A stretch of 64,000 nucleotides of DNA from Solirubrobacterales bacterium (GCA_041393495.1 JAWKKA010000003.1:99448-163447), one strand, 5' to 3'; positions 54,393-63,655 are shown, numbered from the stretch's first letter. The notes: a model not told the origin generated them from the sequence alone. Translations and numbers: made by a program.

Positions 54393-55211
54393 TCAGAGCT
54401 CCCGCAGGAACGCTTCGACCGCGGCGACCGACTCCTCCGGCGCGTCGGAGAAGAGGAAGTGGCCGGCGCCCCCGATCACGCGCAGCTCCGCACCGGGGAT
54501 CTCGCGCTGGAAGCGGTAGGCGCCAGCGAGCGGCGCGAACTCGTCGTCCTCGCCCCAGAGGATCAGCGTCGGGGCGCCGAGCCGGCCGAGCGCGCCCTCG
54601 TGCGGCGCGAGCTTCTCGAAGTCGCCGGAGCGGTACATCTCGAGGATCGCCCGCCGTCCGGCCTCGGTGCCGAGCGAGCGCCAGTACTCGTCGATCGCCG
54701 CCTCGCTCATCCGTGGCGAGACCGCCTTCATCATCGCCCCGAACGAGCCGCGGTCGAGGGCGGCGAGCATCTCTTCGCCGGTGCCTTCGGCGCGCAGCGC
54801 CGACGCCATCCCGTGCCACTTGCCATCCGCAAAGAACCCCGAGCCGGCGATCACCAGCGCCGCCACCCGCTCGGGATGCTCACAGGCCCAGCGCAGGCCG
54901 ACCAGACCGCCCCAGTCGTGGACGACGAGGATCGCGGGGGGCAGCCCGACCTCGTCGGCGAACCCGTCGACCGCTGCGACGAGCTGCTCCCAGGTGTTCG
55001 GCGCTGCCGGCGGCGATCCCCCGGACCCGGGCAGGTCGGGCGCGAGCGCCCGGTAGCCGGCCCGGGCGGCGGCGTCGAGGACGCCCGTCCACATCAGCGA
55101 CGTCTCCGGAAAGCCGTGCAGGCAGAGAACCGCATGGGCGCGCGAATCGGGCCCGGGCAGCGCCTCGCGGTAGGCCAGGCCGGCGGCGCGGGCGGCTCGA
55201 ATCGCACTCAC
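54393..55211 (-). CDS. Alpha/beta hydrolase (haloalkane-dehalogenase/epoxide-hydrolase-like)
   Basis: LHGFPETSLMW, nucleophile region VVHDWGG, C-terminal GAGHF. GTG 55211 overlaps the upstream stop (GTGA). Confidence 0.8.
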   Translation of the reverse strand: MSAIRAARAAGLAYREALPGPDSRAHAVLCLHGFPETSLMWTGVLDAAARAGYRALAPDLPGSGGSPPAAPNTWEQLVAAVDGFADEVGLPPAILVVHDWGGLVGLRWACEHPERVAALVIAGSGFFADGKWHGMASALRAEGTGEEMLAALDRGSFGAMMKAVSPRMSEAAIDEYWRSLGTEAGRRAILEMYRSGDFEKLAPHEGALGRLGAPTLILWGEDDEFAPLAGAYRFQREIPGAELRVIGGAGHFLFSDAPEESVAAVEAFLREL

Positions 55212-56176
55212 GGGCTCGCCCCGCCGACGACGATGCCGTTGAGGTCGCGGACCGCGCCGGTCAGGTCCCCGGCGGTCACCTGGTCGGCGGCGATGATCGA
55301 CGGCAGCCGCCCGCGCACCTTCGCGCATTCCGTGGCGCGGCCGACGATCACGCTGCGGGCGTTGACCCGGGCCGACTCCCCGAGGTCGGGCCGTGGCGGG
55401 GCCGTCGGGGGCGACCAGTGGTTCATCAGGAACATCGATCCGGTCACGTCGCCGCGGTTCGGCCCGCAGCTCGCCCGCCAGTGGGCGGGGTCGGTGAGCA
55501 GGTCGGGCGTGGGGAACGTATAGGGCGTCTCCTGAAGGATCCCCTGGTAGGTGCGGTGGTACCAGTCGAAGTCGCCAGCGTCGTTGTCGGCGAGCATCAC
55601 GACCTGCTGGCGCGTGCGGATCATCTTCCGCAGCCTCGGCCAGGTGTCGGTCGGCCCGCGATAGACGAGGTCGATCAACCCGCTCCGCCGCATCGCCCGT
55701 GCGAAGTCGGCGGCGGAGATGTAGTCCTCGTTGTCGATCAGCAGGACGTTGTTGGGCCGGTAGCGGAGAAACCGGCGGATCTGGCGCAGCATCGGCGCCA
55801 GCGGTGACGCGCCGAGCTGGCAGTAGACGTGACAGAGGTAGGTCTGCGCCTCGGGGTCGGCGGCGTCGGCGTTGACGACGACGCCGTCGTCACGGAGCCT
55901 GCCGTAGTAGGTGTCGATCAGAAGCGCCCTGACCCCGAAGCGAAGCTGGTCGGGGATCGCGATCGACTGATTCGGCAGCAGCCAGCCGAGCGAGTCGGCC
56001 GACATCGCGTTGTGGGCCCCGGCGAGCACGACTTGGTTGAACGGCACGTCGCAGAGCACCCGCTGGCCGTTGCAGCGCTTGATCTTCGCCTCGGCGGCCG
56101 TCGCGAACGCGGTGGCGGCGAGCGCCGCAACCAGGAGCGCGACCAGCGCGCCGCGGCGCGTCCGGGACGAAACCAT
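55208..56176 (-). CDS. Secreted PLC-like phosphodiesterase (PI-PLC X-domain-like) protein
   Basis: ATG 56176 gives the signal RRGALVALLVAALAATAFATAAEA. LAGAHNAMS...FGVRALLIDTYY resembles PI-PLC X-box-like proteins. Confidence 0.5.
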   Translation of the reverse strand: MVSSRTRRGALVALLVAALAATAFATAAEAKIKRCNGQRVLCDVPFNQVVLAGAHNAMSADSLGWLLPNQSIAIPDQLRFGVRALLIDTYYGRLRDDGVVVNADAADPEAQTYLCHVYCQLGASPLAPMLRQIRRFLRYRPNNVLLIDNEDYISAADFARAMRRSGLIDLVYRGPTDTWPRLRKMIRTRQQVVMLADNDAGDFDWYHRTYQGILQETPYTFPTPDLLTDPAHWRASCGPNRGDVTGSMFLMNHWSPPTAPPRPDLGESARVNARSVIVGRATECAKVRGRLPSIIAADQVTAGDLTGAVRDLNGIVVGGASP

Positions 56177-56236
56177 CGGCGAGCAATCTATCCACGCCGA
56201 CGAGCGCTGCACAACGGGGTACCCTTGCCGTCCTCC

Positions 56237-56307
56237 GGCGCCTTGGCGGAGTGGCTACGCAGCGGCCTGCAAAGCCGTTTACGCCGGTTCGATTCCGGCA
56301 GGCGCCT
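56237..56307 (+). tRNA. tRNA-Cys (anticodon GCA)
   Basis: GGCGCCTTGGCGGAGTGGCTACGCAGCGGCCTGCAAAGCCGTTTACGCCGGTTCGATTCCGGCAGGCGCCT. Anticodon loop CUGCAAA, discriminator U as expected for Cys. Confidence 0.9.
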
Positions 56308-56386
56308 CTCGCTCCATCCGGGTCCGTAGCCAGCCGTGAGGGAACCGGCGCCCCGGCGCGATTTCGGTGCTAGGGTGACCGCCCCC

Positions 56387-58669
56387 ATGTGGAGGATGGG
56401 ATCCAAGTCTCGCGCCGGGATGGCGCCGTGGCCGGTCACGGCCCTCGTGGCGGCGCTCCTGGTCGCCCTGGTCGGGCTCGTTGTCGCCGCTGCCAGCGGC
56501 AGTGCGGAGTCCCGGCCGGCTGAGCGGGGCAAGGCCGCTCCCGCCGTCACGCTCGAGGTCGTGTCACGGGCCGGTGGTTGCCGGATCGTCGCCAAGGTCA
56601 AGCGGGCTCCGAGGCGGAGCAAGCTTCTGATCGAGAGTCGGCGGCCGCCCCGTAAGGGCTGGAGGACTGCGCTGAAGAAACGGGTTACGAAGGGCAGCTC
56701 GACGACGCGTCTCGACTGCCTGCCGGTTGCGGCTGGCGGCGACCCGCCGGTGTTGAGGGCGCGGTTGAAGCGCAGCGGGCGGACCCTCGCCCGGTCGAAT
56801 CGCGTCAAACAGCCCGACACCACCGCGCCCGAGACGACGATCGACTCCGGCCCCGACGGCACCGTCACCGGCGCTGCGGCGAGCTTCACCTTCAGCGCCT
56901 CGGAGCCGGGCGCGAGCTTCGAGTGCAGCCTCGACTCGGCGCCGTTCACCGCCTGCACCTCACCGCAGGCCTACGCCGGCCTCGCCGACGGCGCCCATGA
57001 CTTCCGGGTCCGGGCGACCGACGCCGCCGGGAACACCGACGCGACGCCGGCGACGCGGAGCTGGACGGTCGACACCGCCACGCCCGAGACGACGATCGAC
57101 TCCGGCCCGACCGGCACCGTCACGACGGACGCCGCGAGCTTCACCTTCAGCGCCTCCGAGCCGGGCGCGAGCTTCGAGTGCAGCCTCGACTCGGCGCCGT
57201 TCACCGCCTGCACCTCACCGCAGGCGTACAGCGGCCTCGCCGACGGCGCCCACGACTTCCGGGTCCGGGCGACCGACGCCGCCGGGAACACCGATCCGAC
57301 GCCGGCGACGCGGAGCTGGACGATCGACATGAGCTGGGCGGACCCCGGCAGGCTCAACGCCGGCAGCTTCCACACCTGCGCGATCGGCAGCAACGACGCG
57401 CTCGCCTGCTGGGGCTTCGACGACAACGGCCAGGCGAGCCCGCCCGCCGGCAGCTTCGAGTCGGTGAGCGCCGGCGCCGCGCACACCTGCGCGATCAGAA
57501 GCAACGGCACCGTCGCCTGCTGGGGCCTCGACGACGAGGGCCAGGCGACGCCGCCGTCCGGCACCTTCAAGTCGCTGAGCGCCGGCAACGCCCACAACTG
57601 CGCGATCCGCACCGACGACACCGTCGCCTGCTGGGGCCGCGATGTCGCCGGCCAGTCGACCCCGCCATCCGGCACCTTCAAGTCGGTCAGCGCCGGTCAC
57701 TACCACACGTGCGGGATCCGAACCAACGACACGGTGGCCTGCTGGGGGGACGACTTCCGCGGCCAGTCGACCCCGCCCGCCGGGGCCTTCAAGGAGGTGA
57801 GCGCCGGCGATCAGCACACCTGCGGGATCAGAGCCGACGACACGCTCGCCTGCTGGGGCTTCGACGACAACGGCCAGTCGACCCCGCCGTCCGGCACCTT
57901 CAAGTCGGTCAGCGCCGGCACCGAGCACACCTGCGCGATCCGGACCGACGACACGGTCGTCTGCTGGGGCCTCAACGACGACGGCGAGGCCAGCCCGCCG
58001 GCAGGCAGCTTCGTGGCGGTCACTGCCGGCACCTACCACACCTGCGGGATCCGTAGCAACGGCGCGATCGCCTGCTGGGGGCGCGACTACTTCGGCCAGG
58101 CCAGTCCCTCCGCCGGCACCTTCGACACGGTGGCCGCCGGCAGCGGCCAGACCTGCACGATCGCAAGCAACGGCACGGTCGCCTGCTGGGGCGACGACTT
58201 CTACGATCAGGCGAGCCCGCCGGTCGGCACCTTCCAGTCGCTCAGCGCCGGTGGCCTGCACACCTGCGGGATCAGAAGCAACGACGCACTGGCCTGCTGG
58301 GGCTTCGACGCCGAGGACCAGGCGAGCCCGCCGTCCGGAAGCTTCGAGTCGGTCAGCGCCGGCGGCTACCACACCTGCGGGATCAGAAGCGACGACGCGG
58401 TCCTCTGCTGGGGCAGCGAGCTCTACGGTCAGACAACGGCGCCGGCCGGCACCTTCAAGGCGGTGAGCGCCGGCGACTACCACACCTGCGCGATCCGCAG
58501 CGACGACACGCTCGCCTGCTGGGGCCTCGACGACTACGGCCAGGCAAGCCCGCCGGCCGGCAGCTTCACCTCGGTGAGCGCCGGCGCCCGCCATACCTGC
58601 GCTGTTGATTCGGCGCAGCGCGTCTGGTGCTGGGGCTACTACGCCCGCCAGCCGCTCGCCACCGGTTAG
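56387..58669 (+). CDS. Secreted protein: two Ig-like tandem domains followed by 12 RCC1-like beta-propeller repeats
   Basis: Signal/TM APWPVTALVAALLVALVGLVVAAASGSA. There are two 85-aa domains (FTFSASEPGASFECSLDSAPFTACTSPQ...HDFRVRATDAAGN). They are followed by 12 repeats of about 40 aa (G.F.SVSAG..HTCAIR.....CWG.D..GQ..PP). Confidence 0.8.
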   Translation: MWRMGSKSRAGMAPWPVTALVAALLVALVGLVVAAASGSAESRPAERGKAAPAVTLEVVSRAGGCRIVAKVKRAPRRSKLLIESRRPPRKGWRTALKKRVTKGSSTTRLDCLPVAAGGDPPVLRARLKRSGRTLARSNRVKQPDTTAPETTIDSGPDGTVTGAAASFTFSASEPGASFECSLDSAPFTACTSPQAYAGLADGAHDFRVRATDAAGNTDATPATRSWTVDTATPETTIDSGPTGTVTTDAASFTFSASEPGASFECSLDSAPFTACTSPQAYSGLADGAHDFRVRATDAAGNTDPTPATRSWTIDMSWADPGRLNAGSFHTCAIGSNDALACWGFDDNGQASPPAGSFESVSAGAAHTCAIRSNGTVACWGLDDEGQATPPSGTFKSLSAGNAHNCAIRTDDTVACWGRDVAGQSTPPSGTFKSVSAGHYHTCGIRTNDTVACWGDDFRGQSTPPAGAFKEVSAGDQHTCGIRADDTLACWGFDDNGQSTPPSGTFKSVSAGTEHTCAIRTDDTVVCWGLNDDGEASPPAGSFVAVTAGTYHTCGIRSNGAIACWGRDYFGQASPSAGTFDTVAAGSGQTCTIASNGTVACWGDDFYDQASPPVGTFQSLSAGGLHTCGIRSNDALACWGFDAEDQASPPSGSFESVSAGGYHTCGIRSDDAVLCWGSELYGQTTAPAGTFKAVSAGDYHTCAIRSDDTLACWGLDDYGQASPPAGSFTSVSAGARHTCAVDSAQRVWCWGYYARQPLATG
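56827..57328 (+). repeat. 255-bp in-frame tandem duplication (2 copies, few mismatches) inside the RCC1-like gene
   Basis: Copy 1 spans 56827-57081 and copy 2 spans 57082-~57328. Long identical runs include GAGCTTCACCTTCAGCGCCTC and GCGCGAGCTTCGAGTGCAGCCTCGACTCGGCGCCGTTCACCGCCTGCACCTCACCGCAGGC. Confidence 0.85.
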
Positions 58670-58715
58670 CTCGGTTGGCGCTGTCGGCCAGCTTCGCCGC
58701 TGATCCGGGTCGACG

Positions 58716-58733
58716 GGGCAGAGCGCTCTGCCC
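58716..58733 (+). terminator. Perfect 18-bp palindrome 47 nt downstream of the RCC1-like gene
   Basis: GGGCAGAGCGCTCTGCCC. Confidence 0.4.
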
Positions 58734-58852
58734 GCGCCGCTGACCCGGGCGATCTGCCGACTGGCAGCACCGTGCTGAGCCACGGGCGACGGTACGGTGC
58801 GAGGGGTCGCATCGCGGTGGCGGGGTCCGTGCAACCGAGGAGAGGGTTGCGC

Positions 58853-58887
58853 TAGGGTGAGGGACGAGTCGTATTAGGGTGCCCTAA
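58853..58887 (+). promoter_or_regulatory. Candidate operator upstream of efeU: TAGGGTG direct repeat and a TTAGGG-TG-CCCTAA palindrome
   Basis: TAGGGTG occurs at 58853-59 and 58875-81, 22 bp apart. The palindrome at 58874-58887 lies 35 nt upstream of the efeU TTG in a locally A/T-richer stretch. Confidence 0.3.
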
Positions 58888-58921
58888 GCAGGGCTGGCAA
58901 CTGAGCGGGAATGGAGACGGC

Positions 58922-59791
58922 TTGCTCCCAACCTTCGTAATCGGGCTGCGTGAGGGCGTCGAGGCGGCGCTGATCGTCGGCATCATCGCCGCCTTCCTGC
59001 AGCAGGAGGGACGCCGTGACGCGCTCCGGCACGTCTGGGTCGGCGTTGGCATCGCAACCGCGATCTGCGTCGCGATCGGGGTTGGCCTCGACCTCCTGAA
59101 CCAGCAGCTTCCACAGCGCCAGCAGGAGATGCTGGAGACCGTGATCGGCCTGGCGGCGGTCGCGATCGTCACCTTCATGATCTTCTGGATGCGCAGGCAC
59201 GCCCGGATGATCAAGTCCGAGCTGCATGCGAGCACCGCCTCGGCGCTGAAGAGCGGATCGGCGTGGGCGCTGATCGGGATGGCCTTCTTCGCCGTCCTCC
59301 GCGAGGGGATCGAGACCGCGGTCTTCCTGCTCGCGGTCTTCCAGGGCGCCTCCGATCCGACGAGCGCCGGGATCGGGGCCGTCCTCGGCGTCCTCCTCGC
59401 GATCGCGATCGGCTTCGGCATCTACCGTGGCGGCGTCCGCCTCAACCTCGCCCGCTTCTTCAAGCTGACCGCGGTCGTCCTCGTCTTCGTCGCCGCCGGG
59501 CTGCTGTCCAGCGCCGCCCACACCGCCTGGGAGGCGGGGTGGCTGACGAGCTTTCAGGCGCAGGCCGTCGACCTGAGCTGGCTCGTCGTCCCCGGCACCT
59601 GGACCTCCTCGCTGCTCACCGGGATGCTCGGCCTGCAGTCGGTGATGACCGAGGCCGAGGTGTTCGCCTACCTCGCCTACCTGATCCCGATGCTCGCCTA
59701 CGTCCTCTGGCCGTCTTCGTGGCGGCTCAGCGCGCTCCGCAAGCGAACCGCACCCGGTGGCGCCCGCGCCCCCGGAACCGTGGACGCCTGA
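58922..59791 (+). CDS. efeU: Ferrous iron permease, FTR1/EfeU family
   Basis: Two REGxE motifs (GLREGVEAAL, VLREGIETAV); seven TM segments. Confidence 0.85.
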   Translation: MLPTFVIGLREGVEAALIVGIIAAFLQQEGRRDALRHVWVGVGIATAICVAIGVGLDLLNQQLPQRQQEMLETVIGLAAVAIVTFMIFWMRRHARMIKSELHASTASALKSGSAWALIGMAFFAVLREGIETAVFLLAVFQGASDPTSAGIGAVLGVLLAIAIGFGIYRGGVRLNLARFFKLTAVVLVFVAAGLLSSAAHTAWEAGWLTSFQAQAVDLSWLVVPGTWTSSLLTGMLGLQSVMTEAEVFAYLAYLIPMLAYVLWPSSWRLSALRKRTAPGGARAPGTVDA

Positions 59792-59811
59792 GCTCCCGAA
59801 GAAAGGAACCG

Positions 59812-60966
59812 ATGCCCGGACCCAGGTCTCTCGACGTCCCCCGAATCGCGATCGGGCTCGTGCTCGCCGGCACGCTCAGCGCCGGCGTCGCCGCCTGCGG
59901 GTCCTCGTCCGACTCGGATTCGGACGGCACCCAGCGGATCGCCGTGACGATCACCGACGACGGCTGCGACCCGACCGACCTGAAGGCGACCGCCGGCCCG
60001 GCCACCTTCGCGGTCGAGAACGTCGACAGCTCGATCAACAACGAGTTCGAGGTCCTCGACGGCGCGCTGATCCTCGGCGAGCGCGAGAACGTCACGCCGG
60101 GGCTGAGCGGCGAGGTCTCGATCAACCTCGACCCGGGCACCTACGACATCGTCTGCGGCAACCCCGGCAATCGCGAGCCGACCGGCAAGCTCGTCGTCAG
60201 CGGCGAGGAGCAGGCTGCGACGACCGACCCGCAGCTTCGGAGGGCGGCCGACGAGTACGCCGCCTATGTCAACGACGAAGCCGGCGAGCTGGTCCGGCGG
60301 ACGACGGCGTTCGTCGCCGCGATCGAGGCCGGCGACGTCGCCGGGGCGAAGGAGCTTTACGAGTACACCCGAATCCCGTACGAGCGGATCGAGCCCGTCG
60401 CCGAGTCCTTCGGCGGCCTCGACCCGGCGATCGACGCGCGCATCAACGACATCGCCAAGGGCGACGAGTGGACCGGCTTCCACCCGCTCGAGAAGGCGCT
60501 CTGGGTGAGCGGTGAGATCACCGGCCGAGACGTCGCGACCGCCCGGCAGCTCATGGCCGACGTCAAGAAGCTGCGGAAGCTGGCCGCCGAGAACACCTAC
60601 GACCCGGTCCAGCTCGCCAACGGCGCCGTCGAGCTCCTCAACGAGGTCTCGCAGTCGAAGATCACCGGCGAGGAGGAGCGCTACTCGCATACCGACCTGA
60701 CCGACTTCAAGGCCAACATCGACGGCGCCCACCGGGCGTTCGTGCTGCTCGAGCCGGCGCTCCGCGAGAGCGACCCCGACCTCGCGGCCGAGATCGAGGA
60801 GCGATTCGCCGCGATGTATGCGGCGCTGCGGCCTTACCGAGTCGAGGGCGACGTCTACGAGAACTACGAGAAGGTCAGCGAGCGCGAGCGCCAGAAGCTC
60901 AGCCAGGCTGTCGATGCGCTCGCGCTGCCGCTCGCCCAGCTCGGCGGACAGATCGTCGGCGAGTGA
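59812..60966 (+). CDS. efeO: Iron uptake system component EfeO (cupredoxin-like N-domain plus imelysin/M75-like domain), lipoprotein
   Basis: Lipobox LSAGVAAC. N-domain ATFAVENVDSSINNEFEV...GTYDIVCGNPG. C-domain GFHPLEKALW, HxxE-type region. Confidence 0.85.
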   Translation: MPGPRSLDVPRIAIGLVLAGTLSAGVAACGSSSDSDSDGTQRIAVTITDDGCDPTDLKATAGPATFAVENVDSSINNEFEVLDGALILGERENVTPGLSGEVSINLDPGTYDIVCGNPGNREPTGKLVVSGEEQAATTDPQLRRAADEYAAYVNDEAGELVRRTTAFVAAIEAGDVAGAKELYEYTRIPYERIEPVAESFGGLDPAIDARINDIAKGDEWTGFHPLEKALWVSGEITGRDVATARQLMADVKKLRKLAAENTYDPVQLANGAVELLNEVSQSKITGEEERYSHTDLTDFKANIDGAHRAFVLLEPALRESDPDLAAEIEERFAAMYAALRPYRVEGDVYENYEKVSERERQKLSQAVDALALPLAQLGGQIVGE

Positions 60967-62213
60967 GTGGCGACGGGGCCAAGCCGCGCCAAGGGGTCAC
61001 CCGCCGCGGCCTGATCGGGGCCGGTGCGGTGGGCGGCCTGGCGCTTGCCGCCGGCGGCGGCTTCGCGGTCGGCCGAGCGGACGCGGCGACCGACCCGACG
61101 TCGGGGACCGTGGAGTTCTACGGCGAGCACCAGGCGGGGATCACGACCCCCGCCCAGGACCGCCTCCATTTCGCTGCGTTCGACATGACCTCAACCAGCG
61201 TCGCCGACCTGCGGACGCTGCTGCGGGAGTGGACGATCGCGGCGGCGCGGATGACGAGGGGCGAGCCCGCCGGCACCGCCAACGACGAGCCGCTGCTGCC
61301 CCCCGACGACACCGGCGAGGCGATCGGCCTCGGGCCGGCGGAGCTGACGATCACGGTCGGGTTCGGGCCGTCGCTTTTCGACGGGCGCTACGGGCTGCGC
61401 GGCCAGCGACCGGCCGCCCTCGAGCCGATCCCGCCGCTGCCCGCCGACGAGCTCGATCCGAGGATCAGCGACGGCGACCTCTGCGTCCAGGCCTGCGCCA
61501 ACGACCCCCAGGTCGCCTTCCACGCCGTCCACAACATGGCGAAGATCGCGCAGGGCGTGGCGGTGATGCGCTGGTGCCAGCTCGGCTTCGGACGGACCTC
61601 GCGAACCGGCGCCCAGCAGGAGACCCCGCGCAACCTGATGGGATTCAAGGACGGGACCAACAACATCCTCAACGACGACACCGATGCGCTCAACGAGTTC
61701 GTCTGGGTCGGCGCCGAGGGCCCCGAGTGGATGCGCGGTGGCAGCTACCTGGTCAGCCGCCGGATCCGGATGCTGATCGAGCCCTGGGACCGGACGTTCC
61801 TGCAGGAGCAGGAGAACGTCTTCGGACGCGTCAAGGACAGCGGCGCGCCGATCGGCTCCGCCGACGAGAAGGACGAGGTCGACCTCGACGCTACCGGCCC
61901 CGACGGCAACCCGCTGATCCCGGCCGACGCCCACATCCGGCTGGCGGGCCCGGAGGCGAACGGCGGCGAGCGGATCCTCCGGCGCGGCTACTCGTTCACC
62001 GACGGCTTCGACTTCACGCGCGGCCAGCTCGATGTCGGGCTGTTCTTCATCTGCTTCCAGAAGGACCCGCGGCGGCAGTTCGTGCCGATCCAGACCCGGC
62101 TCGGTCACAACGACCGGCTCAACGAGTACATCCTCCACACCGGCAGTGGCCTGTTCGCGGTCCCCTCCGGCGTGAGCGGCGCGGGCGGCTACTTCGGCGA
62201 GGGCCTCGTCTAG
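60963..62213 (+). CDS. efeB: Dyp-type peroxidase / deferrochelatase EfeB with Tat signal
   Basis: Twin-arginine signal TRRGLIGAGAVGGLALAAGGG. FYGEHQAGI, GFKDGTNN, RRGYSF. The GTG start overlaps the efeO stop (GTGA). Confidence 0.85.
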   Translation: MSGDGAKPRQGVTRRGLIGAGAVGGLALAAGGGFAVGRADAATDPTSGTVEFYGEHQAGITTPAQDRLHFAAFDMTSTSVADLRTLLREWTIAAARMTRGEPAGTANDEPLLPPDDTGEAIGLGPAELTITVGFGPSLFDGRYGLRGQRPAALEPIPPLPADELDPRISDGDLCVQACANDPQVAFHAVHNMAKIAQGVAVMRWCQLGFGRTSRTGAQQETPRNLMGFKDGTNNILNDDTDALNEFVWVGAEGPEWMRGGSYLVSRRIRMLIEPWDRTFLQEQENVFGRVKDSGAPIGSADEKDEVDLDATGPDGNPLIPADAHIRLAGPEANGGERILRRGYSFTDGFDFTRGQLDVGLFFICFQKDPRRQFVPIQTRLGHNDRLNEYILHTGSGLFAVPSGVSGAGGYFGEGLV

Positions 62214-62283
62214 CCGGGTCTGCGGCGCCCTCGCCGTCATCGCGTCGGCGCCGCGGCGTCGCCGCGGCGCGACGGGGCTGCGC

Positions 62284-63543
62284 TCACCTCATGCTGAACC
62301 GGAGTCCGGCCCGCTCGAAGCGGGCCATGCTCGCGGTGCCGAGGGCGATCGCCGGAGTCAGGCAGCCGAACGAGCCGGACGCCGGTGCGCGCTCGGAGAG
62401 GATCAGCCCGGCCTCGCCGAGGATCCGGGCGGTGGTCAGGTAGCCGGGGTGGCCGTCGGCGTCGACTTCGACCTCGACGCGGTGCTCGCCGCTCGTCGCC
62501 GCCGTGACCCGCATCGACCAGCGCCAGCCCTCGAGGCGTTCCGGCGAGGGGCCGAAGCCGGACTTGGGGAGGACACGGCCGAGGACCGAGCTCACGCGTT
62601 GTCTGGTCGCCGGCCCGGCGAGCAGCGTTCGGCGCATGCCCGCCTGGGTTGCGGCGAGGGTGCCGGCGACAGCGAGGCGGGCGGGCAGGCTGGCGATGCC
62701 GCCGTCGAGTGCGACGCCCTCGCGGTAGCGGAACGGCGGCGGCGGCTCGCCGGCGCCGGCGAGCTCGGCCGTCCTCTGGATCACGGCGGGGTTGATGAAC
62801 GCGGCCGGCGCCATCGGCGCGATGACGCTGCCGCCGGCGCCGCGGCGAACGCCGGTATCGATCGGGCTCGCCTCGCGGACGCGAGCGGCGCGGGCGGCGT
62901 CGTCGACGAGCGCCGCCGGATCGGCCGCGACCGCCGAGTCGGGGTCGGCGGTCACCGCGACCATGCTCTGGCTCGTCCCTCCCGAGACCCCGTCGGTCGG
63001 TCGGGGCAGGCCGGGCGGCGGCTTCACCCGCGCCTCGAGGTCGACGGCGACGAGGTCCTCGTCCCAGCTTCGGCGAGCGGCTTCGGTGGCGGCCAGGACC
63101 GCGAGGTCGGGCGGCAGCGCCTCGAACCCGCAGACCTGGACGACGGCGACGCCGGCCGCGCGGGCGGCGGCGTCGAAATCCCTGATCACCGTGCGTACGA
63201 ACGGGATCTCGCCGGTCAGGTCGAGGTAGTGGGTGCCGTTTCCGATGCACGCCTCGACGACTGGACGGGCGTGGCGCGTATACGGCCCGACGAGGTTCAC
63301 GACCGCGCGGGTGCGTGCTGCGAGAGCCCGTAGCGACCGCTCGTCGCCGGTGTCGGCCGCGATCGCCGGACAGCCGCCGGCGCCGACCCCGGCCATCACC
63401 CGTTCGAGCTTCGCCGGATCGCGGGCGGCGGCGGCCCACGCGAAGCCGTCCTCGCGCGCGCGCTCGGCCAGGTAGCCGGCAACCCGGCGACCGGTTACAC
63501 CCGTCGCGCCGAGCACGACGACCGAGAGCTCGCGGTCGGTCAC
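62284..63543 (-). CDS. Saccharopine-dehydrogenase-like NAD(P)-binding oxidoreductase (trans-acting enoyl reductase-like)
   Basis: N-terminal Rossmann VVVLGATGVTGRRVAGYL. 419 aa, the typical size of this actinobacterial family. GTG start. Confidence 0.7.
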   Translation of the reverse strand: MTDRELSVVVLGATGVTGRRVAGYLAERAREDGFAWAAAARDPAKLERVMAGVGAGGCPAIAADTGDERSLRALAARTRAVVNLVGPYTRHARPVVEACIGNGTHYLDLTGEIPFVRTVIRDFDAAARAAGVAVVQVCGFEALPPDLAVLAATEAARRSWDEDLVAVDLEARVKPPPGLPRPTDGVSGGTSQSMVAVTADPDSAVAADPAALVDDAARAARVREASPIDTGVRRGAGGSVIAPMAPAAFINPAVIQRTAELAGAGEPPPPFRYREGVALDGGIASLPARLAVAGTLAATQAGMRRTLLAGPATRQRVSSVLGRVLPKSGFGPSPERLEGWRWSMRVTAATSGEHRVEVEVDADGHPGYLTTARILGEAGLILSERAPASGSFGCLTPAIALGTASMARFERAGLRFSMR

Positions 63544-63582
63544 CCGGGCAGCCTAATGCGCGCTGCTAGATTGCCTTCGCCG

Positions 63583-63655
63583 GGGCGTTTAGCTCAGTTG
63601 GGAGAGCGCCAGCTCGACAAGCTGGAGGTCACTGGTTCGAGCCCAGTAACGCCCA
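63583..63655 (+). tRNA. tRNA-Val (anticodon GAC), with unusual C at position 33
   Basis: GGGCGTTTAGCTCAGTTGGGAGAGCGCCAGCTCGACAAGCTGGAGGTCACTGGTTCGAGCCCAGTAACGCCCA. Acceptor GGGCGTT/AACGCCC, anticodon stem CCAGC/GCTGG, loop UCGACAA. Confidence 0.85.

Noticed and set aside
58874-58887. Calling the efeU palindrome an IdeR/DtxR box.
   Set aside because: The half-sites are similar, but the spacing is 4 nt rather than 9 nt and the total length is 14 bp rather than 19 bp, which does not match the consensus TTAGGTTAGGCTAACCTAA. It is kept only as an unassigned operator candidate.
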